From contig MU061578.1 in NCBI GenBank assembly GCA_013265495.1, positions 9,308 to 73,307 of the forward strand: a stretch of DNA of 64,000 bases, in the 5' to 3' direction. The notes beneath the pieces are model-generated. The model was not told the DNA's origin and ran no database searches. It saw nothing but the letters and a program-made list of their open reading frames with translations. Source of the DNA: Vicugna vicugna (Eukaryota). Each line of letters begins with the position of its first letter. Position 1 is the first letter of the stretch. The translations under genes were made by a program, and so were the position numbers. Shown in pieces: positions 39,432-52,434 of the stretch.

Positions 39432-40112
39432 TGTTACCTGAAAAGTGGTTTTACCTCTTGGTGGGTGTTAAGCCAACAGACACAACCAAGTCAAAGATCA
39501 GAAGAAGGAAGGGTTTATTACTTATAGCAAGGAAGGAGAACACAGGGGATCTTTCTCAAAGCAGTGTCTCCCTGAATAGCAAAACTGGGGAAGTGTCAAG
39601 CTTAGGTGTATGCATATTCATGAAGGGGCTTGGGCGGTGTATGCATATTCATGAAGGGGGTTTGAGCAGAAGAGAACTTAGCATAGAACTGGGACAAAGG
39701 TTTGACAGAGTCCAAGTTTTAGTTGATTAAAGTCCCAAGAGTCACAAAAGGTCAACATACCATTCCTTAGGCTCTGCCCAGCCTGGGGTCTCAGCGTGTT
39801 ACTCTGCTTCACTCAGGTGGGGGCTGTAGTTCCCGCAGAAGTCAAAGATCCGTATCCGATTGTTAACATATCTCCCTTGAGGAGGAACTAGGAGTCCGTT
39901 TTTTGCTGAACTATTGTCTCTTAATTGCTTTTCCTTTGTTCCTGCTTTCTTTCATTTCCTTAAGATCATTAATTACTGAGACCTGTTCAAGGGCAAGGCT
40001 GATGGCCTGGCTCAGATCACAAAATGGTTTAGGCCAAAAATGGCTTCTCTTCTGTCAAAAGAGCCAAACCTGGTTCTCCTTCTCCGGGGACCTCCTATCC
40101 TGTCTTCTTACG
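39432..40112 (-). mobile_element. ERV1-like solo LTR (copy A)
   Basis: Starts TGTTACC; TTTATT (minus-strand poly(A) signal) at ~39513. Both ends are clearly homologous to 60129-60705. Confidence 0.8.
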
Positions 40113-41228
40113 AGGGCTCTCATTCAAGGCCCAGGGCTGTAGATGGCTTCCGGGAGTCCTGCTCAGAATCCGACTGGGACGGCAGTACGCCATAGCTCCA
40201 CGGATGCGGGCAGGATCGTAGCCTTGCATGGCAGTAAGTGATATGAAAAAAAACAAACCGAACCAAACCAAGCAACCCTTCTTTTAAGCCTAACATTTCT
40301 TCTGTTCCCAGGTTGAATGAGTCTTTGTTCTTGCTTCTCCCCCTGGCCAGCTGCAGTCTCTTCCAGACAGCAAAGGTGCTGGCGGAGCTGCTCTTTCCCC
40401 CATCTATCCTCTAAAATGCTCATCTGAGGATCAAGCTGCCCCCACTCCTGCCCCCTTCCGCAGGTTCTCAGCCTTCCAGAGATCCTTGCCCAGGAGACCC
40501 TCAAAGTCAATGATCTCTGGCTCAGTTCTTAATGGGTGGAGGGCTTTTGAGTCAGCTGGGGACGCCTGAAAGGAGCCATTTTCCAGGAAGGTAGTGAACA
40601 AAAGCACTATGCAAATGACCAGAGGCAAAATAAACCAGCACCAACCGCCCCCACTCCCGCCCCTCGGAGGCGTTTGCTAAGGGAGGGTCGTCAGAAGCTC
40701 ACGCACCTCGCACCCCGCTGGCCGGCTCCGTGAGTGATGGCCACAAGGCAAACAGCTCACCTTGGGCGATAAAATACTTAGAAGCTAACTTAGCACCCCC
40801 ATGCTTTATAAAGAAGAAGGTTCATGCATTTTTAAATTATTTTGTAAATCACGTTGAAGGCTGACAATGCAGATTTACCACTTGGGCTGCAATTTAAATA
40901 CCAGGTTATCCCCTCATTATGTTAACAGAGCGAAGAGCAGTGAAGTCATTCCCCTCTGATCCACAGAAAGCCTGCCGTGCTCCCCTTGACGGAAGCTCCA
41001 TCCCTCTGCACCAGCTTCTGCCAGGCGCTCCCCATGGTGCGAGCTGTGGAGGGGAACAATGATTGGATGCTTTGGGAGAACTTGCTGGGTTTGGGGGAGC
41101 AGGTCAGAAGGGGCGGCAGGGCCTATTAACTAGAACAGCATGGGGCCTCTGCAGAGGAGGAGGGACAGCGGGTTGAAGCCAGATGTATCTCCCTTCTTTA
41201 TCAGACATGGATTCCTTCAAGAAAAAAA

Positions 41229-41252
41229 GTGTGTGTGTGTGTGTGTGTGTGT
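41229..41252. repeat. (GT)n microsatellite
   Basis: Perfect GT run. Confidence 0.95.
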
Positions 41253-43384
41253 GCATTTTTGGTGAGCAAATTCATGTCAGAAACTATCAGGAAACAAGCA
41301 GCTTGGCTTGGCAGATATCACTGAGGTGATGGGGAGGGGAAAATAATTTGCGAAAAAAGAGCTCATCTACCTCCACCCCTCACAGGGAAGAGACAGGGTA
41401 ATGGGATGGATTTGGAGTCAGAGCCCGCTTATTAGCTGTTTACAACTGTGTGACTTCAGGCAAGTTCCTTAGCCTCTCTGAGCATAGTTCCCTTTTCTGT
41501 AAAGAGGGGAAAAAACAGTACCTCCCTCGATAGTCTCATGTGAAGATTAAAAGACCCACAAGAGAGAGGAAATTAGTGCAAGCACAGAGTAAAGAGCTCA
41601 CTGTGGATTGGCTAAGAACAAAAAATTTCTTGATTAAAAAAAAAAAAGACCAGACATCTTGTTTGGAATTTACATACGTTATCTCATTTTGTGCTCACAA
41701 CAAACCCATGTAGAAGTGTCCATTTCATGCCCATTTCACAGGTGAGGGGACTGAGGCTTGGATAAGAACGGAGCCCCAAATTACACAGGAACTAATAGGC
41801 AGAGTTGGGATTTGAATTTGGGTCTCCCTGACATCAAAGCCAGGTATTTCTGATTTCCTGTGCCTCCTTACTTAGCAAGTTTAGAAAAGCCAACAACAAA
41901 GTTTTCCTTATTAAATCATTTGGCAAAAGGCCTCCACTCTATGCCCAGTGCTGGGGATAAAGACAGAGAAAATGTTTACTGCTCTGTTGGACCACTTGGT
42001 TTCATGGATTTGGAAGCTGCAAGGGCCTTTGAGATGAACAGCAAGTGATGAACATTTATTAAGCACCATTTGTGTACCTGCTATGAGTTAAAGACAGTGA
42101 TGGCTTTTGTATTGTGCAATTTGTATTGTGCAAGGTGTGCTAGCTCTGCCCCAGGGCCTTTGCACTTGCTGGAATGCTCTTTTGCATGATCTGGGCACCG
42201 CAGCTCTTTCATCTTTCAGATCTCACCCTCTCAGGTCACCTCCTCTGAGAGGCCACCCTAGTGAAAGTGGAACTCCTGCCTTGTCACGCTGTTGTGCCTC
42301 CGTCTTTCCTTCCCACAGTTGGCACAATCTGTAATCATTGTGTTCAGTGATTTATCTCCTGCTTATTGTTTCTTTTCCTCCAGGAGAACGTAAACTACTC
42401 TGTCTTTTCCGTGCTGCATCCACAGCCCTGGAGACATCATCTGGCACATGGCAGGTGCTCAATAAATATTGCTGAATGGATTGAATGGATGCACGGAGGA
42501 ATCAGTGATGCTCTTTCATATTCCTGAGCCCTGGTTTCCTCCTCCATTGAATGGGGGCGGGCTGTACCTGCATCACAGGGTTGATCTGGGGTAGCTGTCC
42601 CCCACGGTCATACACACTAAGGCACCTGGGATGATGAGAGCTCAGTAGACACTGCTGCCTTCTCCTGTCCCCACCTTGGCCTGGCTTCGCCTTAGGAGAG
42701 CGAGAGGACAGACACCACTTTGTGTTCCTGCTTCCCCAGGGCAGCTGGCAGACTGAGAAATAAGCTGACCTTGGAGGACTGAGGTCTTTGCTGGTGAGGT
42801 GGGTTTTAAACACTTCGTTCAAGCAGGGAGTGACAGGGGAAGGGCTCTGATTACAGTTTCTGGGCTGTGATCGCCTTGATCTCTCCACCGGACTGTTTCT
42901 CTGAGCAAGCTTCTTCCCCAGACTCTCCCTACCCCTCAGAGGAAGCCCCAGCCTCGTCCCCTCCTGCTCCCCCACCTCCTCAACTTCTCTCTTCTGTTTC
43001 TCTACCCTAGTTCTCCTCTCACTTTGACTCAGTGATTTCCTTCCTTCCTAAGGAAATGAACAAGTATTTACTGAGCCCTGCGTATGTGCTAAGTACTATG
43101 CCAGGTACTTCACATGGATTATCTAGCTATCTCCTCACAACACGTGGGGGAGTGACGTGAAATGACCTGCCCCAAATGCACAGCTGGTAAACAGGAGAGC
43201 TGGGACTCGAACCCCAGTAGCCAGACTTCAGAATTCACACTCTCAACCACCACCCTCACCATCTTTGACTCTTCCTAAGAGTTAGCTCCAACTCTGATCA
43301 GCCTAAATCCAACTTTCTTCCTCCATCTTCTCTTCCCTCTTCTTTTCCATTTCTCACTGTTTTCCTATCTTTTTTTTGGGGGGG

Positions 43385-43690
43385 GTTGGGATAGAATTCA
43401 TCTACATCAAACACACCCTTTTAATGTGTACAGTTCTGCGGTCTTTAGGACATTCACAGAATTATGCAACCACCATTACTGTCTAATTCCAGAACATTTT
43501 CATCACTCTAGAAAGGAAGCCTGGACGCCTGTGGAGCCACGCCCCCATTCCCTCCCTGCTCCAGCCCTGGGGACCACAATTCCACTTCCTGTGTCTATGG
43601 ATTTGCCTATTCTGGACATTTCATCGAAACAGTATCGTACAATATTTATCCTTTTGTGTCTGGCTTCTTTCACATAATGTCTTCATGTCC
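43385..43690 (-). mobile_element. Old L1M (L1MB-like) 3' end
   Basis: ttcacagaattatgcaaccacc...ttccagaacatttt...gtctatggatttgcctattctggacatttc. Confidence 0.8.
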
Positions 43691-46379
43691 CAAGTTTAAA
43701 GTGTTGATGGGAGAATGTACATGGGTTGGTGGGAAACGAACTCAACCCACATCCGTTGGCTTTCCTTGTATAGCAGGGAACGCGGGAGTATCACTTTGGT
43801 GAAGAGAAGGGTACAGTGGAAGTTGGAGTGATGGGGAGGCTGGAAATGTGGGTTTCAGGTGATCAGGTGATGGCTTCAAATGTACGCAGCGACTTGAGAT
43901 TCATCACCCTAGGTCTTCCTTCTACTTTTGGCTCCTGCTTGAAGGTGCCCAAATTTCCTTCTAAAGGGACACCTGGGTGGCTGGGGGAACAGACCAGCTT
44001 TCTCAGTTTTGATGCCATTCTCTGGAGGACTAGCTTTTCTAAGATGAGGTTCTGTTAGGTACCATTTTCCTGCAAGTGTACGTAGGTTTAAGTCAGTTAG
44101 GTAAAGTGGGCTACACCAACCTCTTCCCTGCAGCCACACGGCTGTTCCTGGCTGCAGCCTGACCTGGGAGGGTAACACCACCTCTGTCTCAGGCTTTCTA
44201 TTTGAAGAGTAATTGTTGATTACCTACTAAGCTCCCATGCTGTGCTTTACACATCGTATCTCAGGTACTCTCCAAATAGCCCAGATTGCTTAGCAGTTTT
44301 ATCCCCATTTTACAGATGAGGAAATTATGGCACAGAGACATGACAGAAACGACTCTAAACTATTCTACCAACAGCCAGCTGAGCTAGAAGTCAAACCTGG
44401 GTCTGATTTCAAAGCCCAGACTCTTTTCCACTCACCACATAAGCAGCATGAAAATCGCTGGTCATATTGCGCAGTCCAGTTTGACTGCTTTGACGTCTTC
44501 TGACTTTTATTTTATTAAGGTTATTTGGTTTGCAAGCAATACAAATGGACTGTGGCAAACTTAGTTCTAAAAAGTAGGACTTTATTGAGAAGGAACTGGG
44601 GGAATTAGCATAAGGAATCCCAGAAAGTAGTGGGTAACGAAGAATCAATAAAGGCAAGAACATGTGTGCTCTGGGGATGTAAGCTCAAGGGTCCATGATG
44701 CTTCTCTTTGGAGCACCGTGACTCAGCCAGCTTCAGTGACATACAGCCCCTAAATCTTAGTCTTCCGAATGTCAAAGTCCCAGGAGGGAATCCAATTTGC
44801 CCAGCCGTAGTCCGGTGCTCATGCCTGGGGTTGTTCAATTACAGATGGGTGGGCAGAGGGGGAGGTCACAGAGCAGCACCCCCTTTCCAGAGGCTACATT
44901 ACTGTGAGCCAGGAAGACATCCCAAGAGGTGTTAGTATGGTAATGTTGGAAGGTTTTGCCCCTACCGCTGTATTTTCTTCTCCATGTCCAGCAAAGACCA
45001 CCTCAAGCCTATCCTCTTACTTCGAGACAAATCAAAACATAAACCAAGAAAACAGGAGCGAGAGGAAAGGATTACACTGATATGGCTTATCTTTTCAGGT
45101 ACAGGGATCCTGCCCACTAATAAACTGGGCTCAGAAATGGAGCCCTGAGATAATAAGGGGGAAGAGAAGCAGGGAACACGGTGTGTAAAGGGAGTGATGA
45201 GAATGACAAAAAAGGCTAAATTACAGCCTCCCATGGTATTGCGGGAGGAGAAACCATGGAAGGCTTGTCTGGAGTGGCCCCACTCTCATCTTGATTGTGA
45301 CACAAAATGGATAGCGGATCTCTCAGAACAACTTGATTGTCTTGTTTTCGTCAGTCACACCATGGTAAGCTCAGCCCCCACGTCAGTTTGTTAGACGGCA
45401 AAATCAGCGATCACCCAGGCAAGGCGCCGTTAGCGGACAAGACAATTTCATCAAACAAAATTTCACCAATCATACATTGCTGTTTGTCATCAAGACACTT
45501 AATACACCAGGGGCTGCACCCAAAGCTCCCATAATCAATTTCTGCTAATTTGCCCATTCTCTGGCTCTGCGAGGGTGCTGGTAATTTCATATTTTACACA
45601 CCCACAGAGGTTACGGTAATTGATTCCGTTCTGGAAAGTGTTGTAATGACTTTGAATGAACTTGAAAGGTTTTGCATTTGTTTTCAGAGGCTGTTAGAGA
45701 GAGTGATTCAAACTCTGCCACACGGGCACAATTTGTAAAGGTTGGACATGAAAACGACGGATTAGCTTTTCTTGGAGACAGCTCTCTTCTCGTTATAACC
45801 TCCCGGCTCACGAGGCAGGCCGGGCTCGGCACTGAAACACTCCACTTCCTTTTTATCTGCATCTCGATGGCGGCGGAAATCATCTCTGAACATCTGAAGG
45901 AAAAAAAGGCAATTACTGAAAAATTCTCCTGGAATGACTTGGCTTTTGGAATTCTATTTTTTGTTTTTCAGACAGACACCCAAAGAGGAAGTTGGTAGAG
46001 ATGAGAAGTAGAAATTTTCTTCTTGACTTTGGCACTTCTGAAACCATATACACATATTTGATGTTCTTTTGCTCCTGAGCTGCCCGTCTCCTTTAAGCTG
46101 GTCAGGCGTGGCTGTGGAGAAGATCGCAGGAAAAGAAACCTTCAGCCCTCTTGCAGTGGCCCCAGGACTATGGCTGTTGTGATGGAATTATTAGAGCGGG
46201 TTTCCTGGTTGCCTGACACTGAGCTGAGTAAACATTTAATCTGAATAGAATCCCTTTAAGGTGACCCAACCCTTTTAACAGATTACAAAATCTAGGCTCA
46301 GCAAGGTTAAATGATGTGTTTCGGTTTCTCAGTCTGTCTGGTGACAGCCCCTGTGCCCTTAACCACTCTACCACTCTGC

Positions 46380-46575
46380 CATCGGTGTGCTGGTAACCTG
46401 CAACAACCAGCTTTCCACAAAAACCAAAGCACAACTAAACTAAACAAAACTGGTTTGTGGAGTTTGTCAATTACTGCGGTGTAAATGCTCCCACCACGGC
46501 TGATCTCAAGCTACCAACGTGATGTCATGCAGTAAATACAGAATGATGTGTTGGCTGATGAGTGCTGCTCCCCAT
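46380..46575. mobile_element. MER63-like hAT-Blackjack MITE
   Basis: ggtgtgctggtaa...gtcaattactgcggtgtaaatgctcccaccacggctgat...aagctaccaacgtgatgtca; related to the 2087 element. Confidence 0.65.
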
Positions 46576-49048
46576 CGAAACTTCTCCCCTAGCTGTTCAC
46601 GTGACCCACCGTGGATTCTGTTTTCTGACTTGCCCTCAATACTTCAGCGCAGACGACTTTTGTTTGGAGCCTTTGCTTTCAGATTAACTGTTGGATACTA
46701 CCACTTCAGTTCTGTCTTCTGATTTTCACCACCATTCGGACTCACTTCTGGGGAAACATGTTACTTTTTCTTGTTTGGCTGCTCTGCTGGGATGACCTTC
46801 CCACTGAAACAGACCTGCACAGAACCCAGTTTTTTTCAAAAATATGTTAACATCTCAGCCAGCCGCAGTGCTTGAGGATGGAGGTATTCTCCTGAGAGCA
46901 TGTGTGGGGACATTTTAGATCACTGGGTGTTCTGGTTGGTTGAGCGGTAAGCTGCAAACCCACTGATATGTGCCCACGTTGCAGCCAACACAGATGGCTT
47001 GAGAAAGCACAACGGACTCTTCAAACGGGAGAGAAACAATTTGGGGGATCTGCCTGACTTCCCAAGCTGGGGAGCCTTTCTCCAGACTCCACAGGAGCGG
47101 GGACTCCAGGAGACACCTAGGAGTTGCTACTTGTCAGTAAGGAGAGAGCAAACGATGAGACCCCAGGCCAGGCTCCCTGGAGTGCAATTAGGCCGTACTG
47201 ACAATGTTCTAAGCTTTGGCTTGGAGGGGGTCTCTGGGACTGCTCTCAGGAAAGGGTGGCAGAGTTGGATTTAATAAGGAGGACGTGAGCCACAGGGAAA
47301 GAGGGAAACCAGAATCTCAAGGGTTTGGTGGAAGATGGATGGTGGCAGGAACAGGGGCGTGGGTGGTGCCTTGGGACACCTGAGAAAGATGGGCAGGGCT
47401 GCTGAGAGGAGAGAGAACATCAAGGAGGAAATAGCTCTGGCTTCCTGGAGAGTGATGGCAAATCTCCTGTATCCATTGCTGAACGCAAGACAGCTGACGC
47501 AGCCGAATGGAAAGATGCCCAAGGCTGACTGAATGCCCTGCTCTAGGCTGGATACTTCACACGTGGTGCTTTATTTTACCCTTGTAGGAACCCTTTAATG
47601 GGAGTGGAGCTGAGAGGAGGCGTCATTGAGCTGGTGTGGTCAGGGGTCAATGCCAAGACTTTCTGTACCCCCCTCACTGCCGTCTCACTGAGAAGAAGGC
47701 AACACGTTTCTCTAAGCCCTTCTGTTCTTTGATAGTTGGGCACTTCCTCTCTGTCCTGGAGCTCCTGGCTTCCGAAGCTACTGTTTCTTGAGCTCTTACT
47801 AAGCTTTAGCACTCGGCTAAAGATTTTTCACCCCCGGTTTCATCAAATCCTCTCCACACTCTGGTGAGATGGGTGTTAGCCTACTGCCATTTTTCCAAAT
47901 GAGAATGCTTAATCTTGGAGGTAAAGCCACTTGCTCAAGGTTACATCATGAGTGAGAGGCAGAGCTGTGCTATCCCTGACTGAGAGCCAAGATGTGCTCT
48001 GAGCAGCTATGACTTCTTGTCTGCCGCCCTTCTGATGCCTTTAGGACCAACTTGGCATCTGAAGATCTGGGGTAGGAAACAGCATTTGTGCAAGAGAACA
48101 GGATGGTGCTTTGACTGACAGCCTAGAAAGCTTCTTCTTCGTCACTGCTGATCGCAACACCGTCACCCTTCGGCGAACATGTGACAAGTACTAGGAAAAT
48201 AACTGATGGCTGTTAATTCTTCCATCCCAAACCCAAGGGTGAATGAGTTAATTCCAGAGTTAGAAATGAAGTTTCAACTTCAAGTTTACACCCAGCAATG
48301 AGGTTTTAGGACAACTAGACTTTTGTTCTCTAAAGGAGAGGCTATGCTGATGGGAAAAAGCTATATTGTGATGCTGTGTCCTTGTCTCTCACCCCAACAC
48401 CCTTTAGGCTAAAATCCATCAACTGAGGTAAAAAGAGCTTAGTGGCTCTTGGTATGGAGTCAGTTACTCTAGCCTGCAGGACCCTGATTTTTTTCATCTG
48501 TGAAATGGGTCTGACAGAGAAGAGAGAGAATAATTCCTCTTGCCCGGGCTATTATAAACCTTCACGGAGAAAACAGAGGTGAGCAAGTGCAGGTAGGTGG
48601 TAGGTGGACGCTGTCATCCAGGTACAGTGTGGGGGCCATGATGTGGGGGCTGGTGTCAAACAAGACAGGGGTTTGAAGCCCAGCTCTCTCATTTATTGGT
48701 GGGGCAACCTTGGGAAAGTGTTTTAGACTTTCTGAGCATCTGTTTCCTTTTATCCCCACAATGGAGATGGTAATCGCATTTTCCCCCTGGATAGATGGGA
48801 GGATGACATGGGATAACACGTGAGAAATGCTCAGTGCAGGGTCTGGCACCCTGTAAACAGAGAATGTTAGCTGTTGTTCTAACAGGGACCTTGTTAATCA
48901 TCCATCAGATGGCTTCAGTGGGAGCCGGGGGCCATTTGGAAGGTAAAGACGAGGGCTGATGTGGGGGCGTGGGGGAGGGGAGTTCAACCTCACTGAGGGA
49001 TCCAGGAAGAGCCTGGGGGTTCCTGTGGTTTGCGCTGGGTGCTGGGGC

Positions 49049-49049
49049 C

Positions 49050-49081
<32 letters not shown>

Positions 49082-49088
49082 CAAAACC
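49049..49088. repeat. (CAAAA)n microsatellite
   Basis: Tandem caaaa units. Confidence 0.95.
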
Positions 49089-49308
49089 ACTTCAAAAGTG
49101 ATTCCATGGAAGGGACCATATTAATTGGACATTCCAGAGACTCTTCTAGACACTTTCACATCCATCATTTCCCTTAATTGTTGAAGAACACCGGTAACAT
49201 GTCTGAAGGGGAAGGCAGTTCTTAGAACGACCCAGAGAAGATGCCATAGCTCCCAGCAGTGCAGGTGGCTCAGTTCTCCCTGCTCTGCGCCCCAACTCCA
49301 GAGGACCC

Positions 49309-49321
49309 NNNNNNNNNNNNN
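49309..49321. other. Assembly gap (13 N) inside a poly-C run
   Basis: ccc-N13-ccccccccc. Confidence 0.99.
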
Positions 49322-50129
49322 NCCCCCCCCGGCGTGGTTCATTCTGTCTCTCCGCAAGCCCCAGCCCGGCAAGACGCCGGCGGCCTCAGCTAATGTTCCT
49401 GAACAGCCCGTTCCCGGAGACCCAGACAGCAGCCCAATTATCTCGGGCCAATCGCAGGCCTGCTCCCTGCTTGGGGCCCACATCTAGAGGCAATTTCTCT
49501 TTTTCAGGAGAGTCCTCCAGGGACCTGAGAGCTGCTGTGAAGGTAATTAGGAAAGTTTGGCCATGGAAACCCATCTCCCCCTCCTCCCCGTGGAAGGGAA
49601 GGGAGGGGGCTGTCAGAGGCATGGTTTGGTTTTTCTAGGCAGCCGTGTCAGGATCAGAAGAGAGAGGACAGAAATCTAGGGACTGCCTGTGTGTACAGAG
49701 ACCTCTGGACCACAGAGGTGTTTTTCATGTGTTTTCAAAACAGGCTTGAGGCACATGTCCCTCCCCCTTCTCCAGCCACACTTCTCTCCTTACTCCCACC
49801 TCTTCTTAGCAACTGGTGATCAATAGCAATTAAGGTACTAATTATTGCTCCTCCACTCGCTGCACCCAGGAACCATCTCTGCCTCCTCTCTCATCCTTCC
49901 CTTTCTCCAGGTCCCACTCATCAGCAAGGTCTGTTGGCTCTGCCTCCAACACACACACTTCAGATAACTTCCCTCCATCTCTGCTGCTGCCTGGGTCCAA
50001 GCCACCCCCCTCCTGCCCACAGCACCAGAACAGGTTCTTGAGTCTGGATGATCTGTTGGAAATGCAGATCGGGTTACGTAGCACTGCCCATTTTAACCCA
50101 CCAGCTTTGCTTTAAAAATAAAAGCCCAA

Positions 50130-50549
50130 AAGAATGAAATAATGCCATTTGCAGCAACATGGATGGACCCAGAGGTGATCGTACCAAGTGAAGTAGGTCA
50201 GACAGGGAACGGCAAATATCATATGATATCATTTGTATGTAGAATCTAAAAAAATTACACAAATAAACTTACTTCAAAACAGAAACAGACAAACAGTCAT
50301 AGAAAGCAAACTTATGGTTACCAAAGGGGAAAGGGGGTGGGGAGGGATAAATCAGGAGTTTGGGATTTGGAGATGCAAACTACTATATATAAAATAGATA
50401 ACAAGATCTACTGTAGAGCACAGGGAACTACATTCAATGTCTTGTAGTAACCTGTAATGACAAAGAATATATGTGTGTGTGTGTATGTGTATAACTAAAT
50501 TACTAACACAACATTGTAAATCCACTATACTTTGATTTAAAAAAAAAAA
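50130..50549 (+). mobile_element. Young 5'-truncated L1 3' region with poly(A)
   Basis: aagaatgaaataatgccatttgcagcaacatggatggacc...A tail. Flanks aaaataaaagccc / aaaaaaaagcc resemble a TSD. Confidence 0.9.
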
Positions 50550-52197
50550 GCCAAAGCCTTCTCTGTAGGCTGACCTGTGGCCTGTCTCTCTGGGCTGTAT
50601 CCTCATCTCTCCCCAGGGCTCGCCCCATTCCAGCCCCCCCCGGCCTTCATCACGCTCTGTGACACTGCCACACTTGGGGCTGTGCACTCTCTATTCCCCT
50701 GTCTGGATTCCTCTCCTCCAGGCCATCGCAGGGCTGGCTCCTTTAGGTCTGAATATCATGTTTATGAAGAGGTCTTTCCTGACCACCCTTCTAAAGTACC
50801 AGCTGCCCCACTTCCCGATGAACCATGCTCCCAGGCCCTCTTTGACTTTCTTCATAGCATTTACCCCTGTCTGAAAATATTTTTTTTATTTATTGTTTGC
50901 TGTGTTCGGAGCTGCGAATTGCCACTAGAATGTGAGTTCTGTGGGGTTAGGAACCTTTCCTGTTTGTCCATCACAATAGCCCCATCACCAGAAAAGGTGC
51001 TTGAAAAACATTTGGAGAAGGTATGAATGAATGCCAGGCATGAAGGCAAGTGATTTTTATATCATGTCTTATTACTACGTCCCCTACAGTCTTTGACTTA
51101 GGGATCGTTTTCATCTCCGCTTTACTGGCGAGGATACGGACAGATCGAATAGACCACTGGGCAATGGCCAGACCATATATTGCAACAGAATTTGCTCTGA
51201 TTTGCTCTGAGGCAGCTTTGAGGGACTGCTAACATCTCAAGGTCACACTGCTAAGGAACATGCAACAGGATTTTGGTCTTGTGTGTTTGATTCCATAAAC
51301 CCCTTTTCTTCCATTGCCATGCTTTTATTTCAAAGAGGACTCTCCCTTTCTCTGCCTCTAAACTAAGGCACCCAGGGCGTGGCCACAGAAAGGAGAGGAC
51401 GGGCAAAGAGGGACAGGCAGGAGGGTGGCAGCTCTGGGAGCAGTGGGGAGGAGAGCAGCAGAGCAGAGGGTCCAGGATGGTGGCCGGCCGAGTGGCACAG
51501 GGAGCTTGATTATAGAAATTCAACCTCATTGCCCTCTTCCTTATCCATTTCACAAAGTGTGCCAGATGTCAAAAGTCAATCATTTGTCCTTAGATTGTTG
51601 TTTGTCTAAAAATAAGTATGACTATGGAGAGATTCATAGAAAGGAGCAGTTAGTATTTCCATCCATCTCGGTGAAAGATAGTAATAATATGAATTAATAG
51701 CCATACCAGGGTGCAGCAGAAATTTTTAAAGTCTACAAGTGAGACATCTTTAGGGGCCATGTCTTTCTCTAAGTTCCTCTCTGACAGGTGCTCATTTGTC
51801 ATGGAAATAAGCAGAGACTGTCTGCCTCTTCCATCGCCAGTAGCCGGTTCCCAATTCCTCATCCTGTCAGGCCCGACTCAGGCAAGTTTCAGGGACAGGA
51901 TATGAAGCCCAAGGAAGCTGATGGGCAAAGACTGGGGACAGGGATGGGAGTCCCGGATGGAGTCATGGTCCCTGGGAGCAATGGGGTTATCCATCTGGAT
52001 TCAGAATGGAGAGAGGGTGCTGAAAAGAGCGTCTGGTAGTGTTAGCAGCAACCCTCACCTTCTTCTGATTATAGCAAGGCAGCTTGCTTTGGGGAACTAC
52101 CCTTGTCTGACTCCCAGCCTCTATGGTTGGGTTAGGACTGTCCCAGGCTCCCCTTTTCAGTGCCAGGAATGAAATATGATCCAGGCAGCTCCAAGGG

Positions 52198-52432
52198 GAT
52201 GGCTCAGTGTGGTTTTTATTTGCATCTCCCTGATGATTAGTGATGCTGAGCATCTTTTCATGTAATTGTTGGCCATCTGTATGTCTTCTTTGCGAAAAGG
52301 TCTATTTAGGTCCTCTACTCATTTTTTAATTCTATTTAGTTGTTTTTTTTTTGCTATTGAGTTGTACGAGATCCTTATATATGTTGGGTATTAACCCCTT
52401 ATCAGATATATGGTGTGTAAATATTTTCTCCC
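52198..52432 (-). mobile_element. L1 ORF2 fragment, inverted 5' part
   Basis: atttgcatctccctgatgattagtgatgctgagcatcttttcatg...aacccCttatcagatata is antisense L1 ORF2. Confidence 0.9.
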
Positions 52433-52434
52433 TT

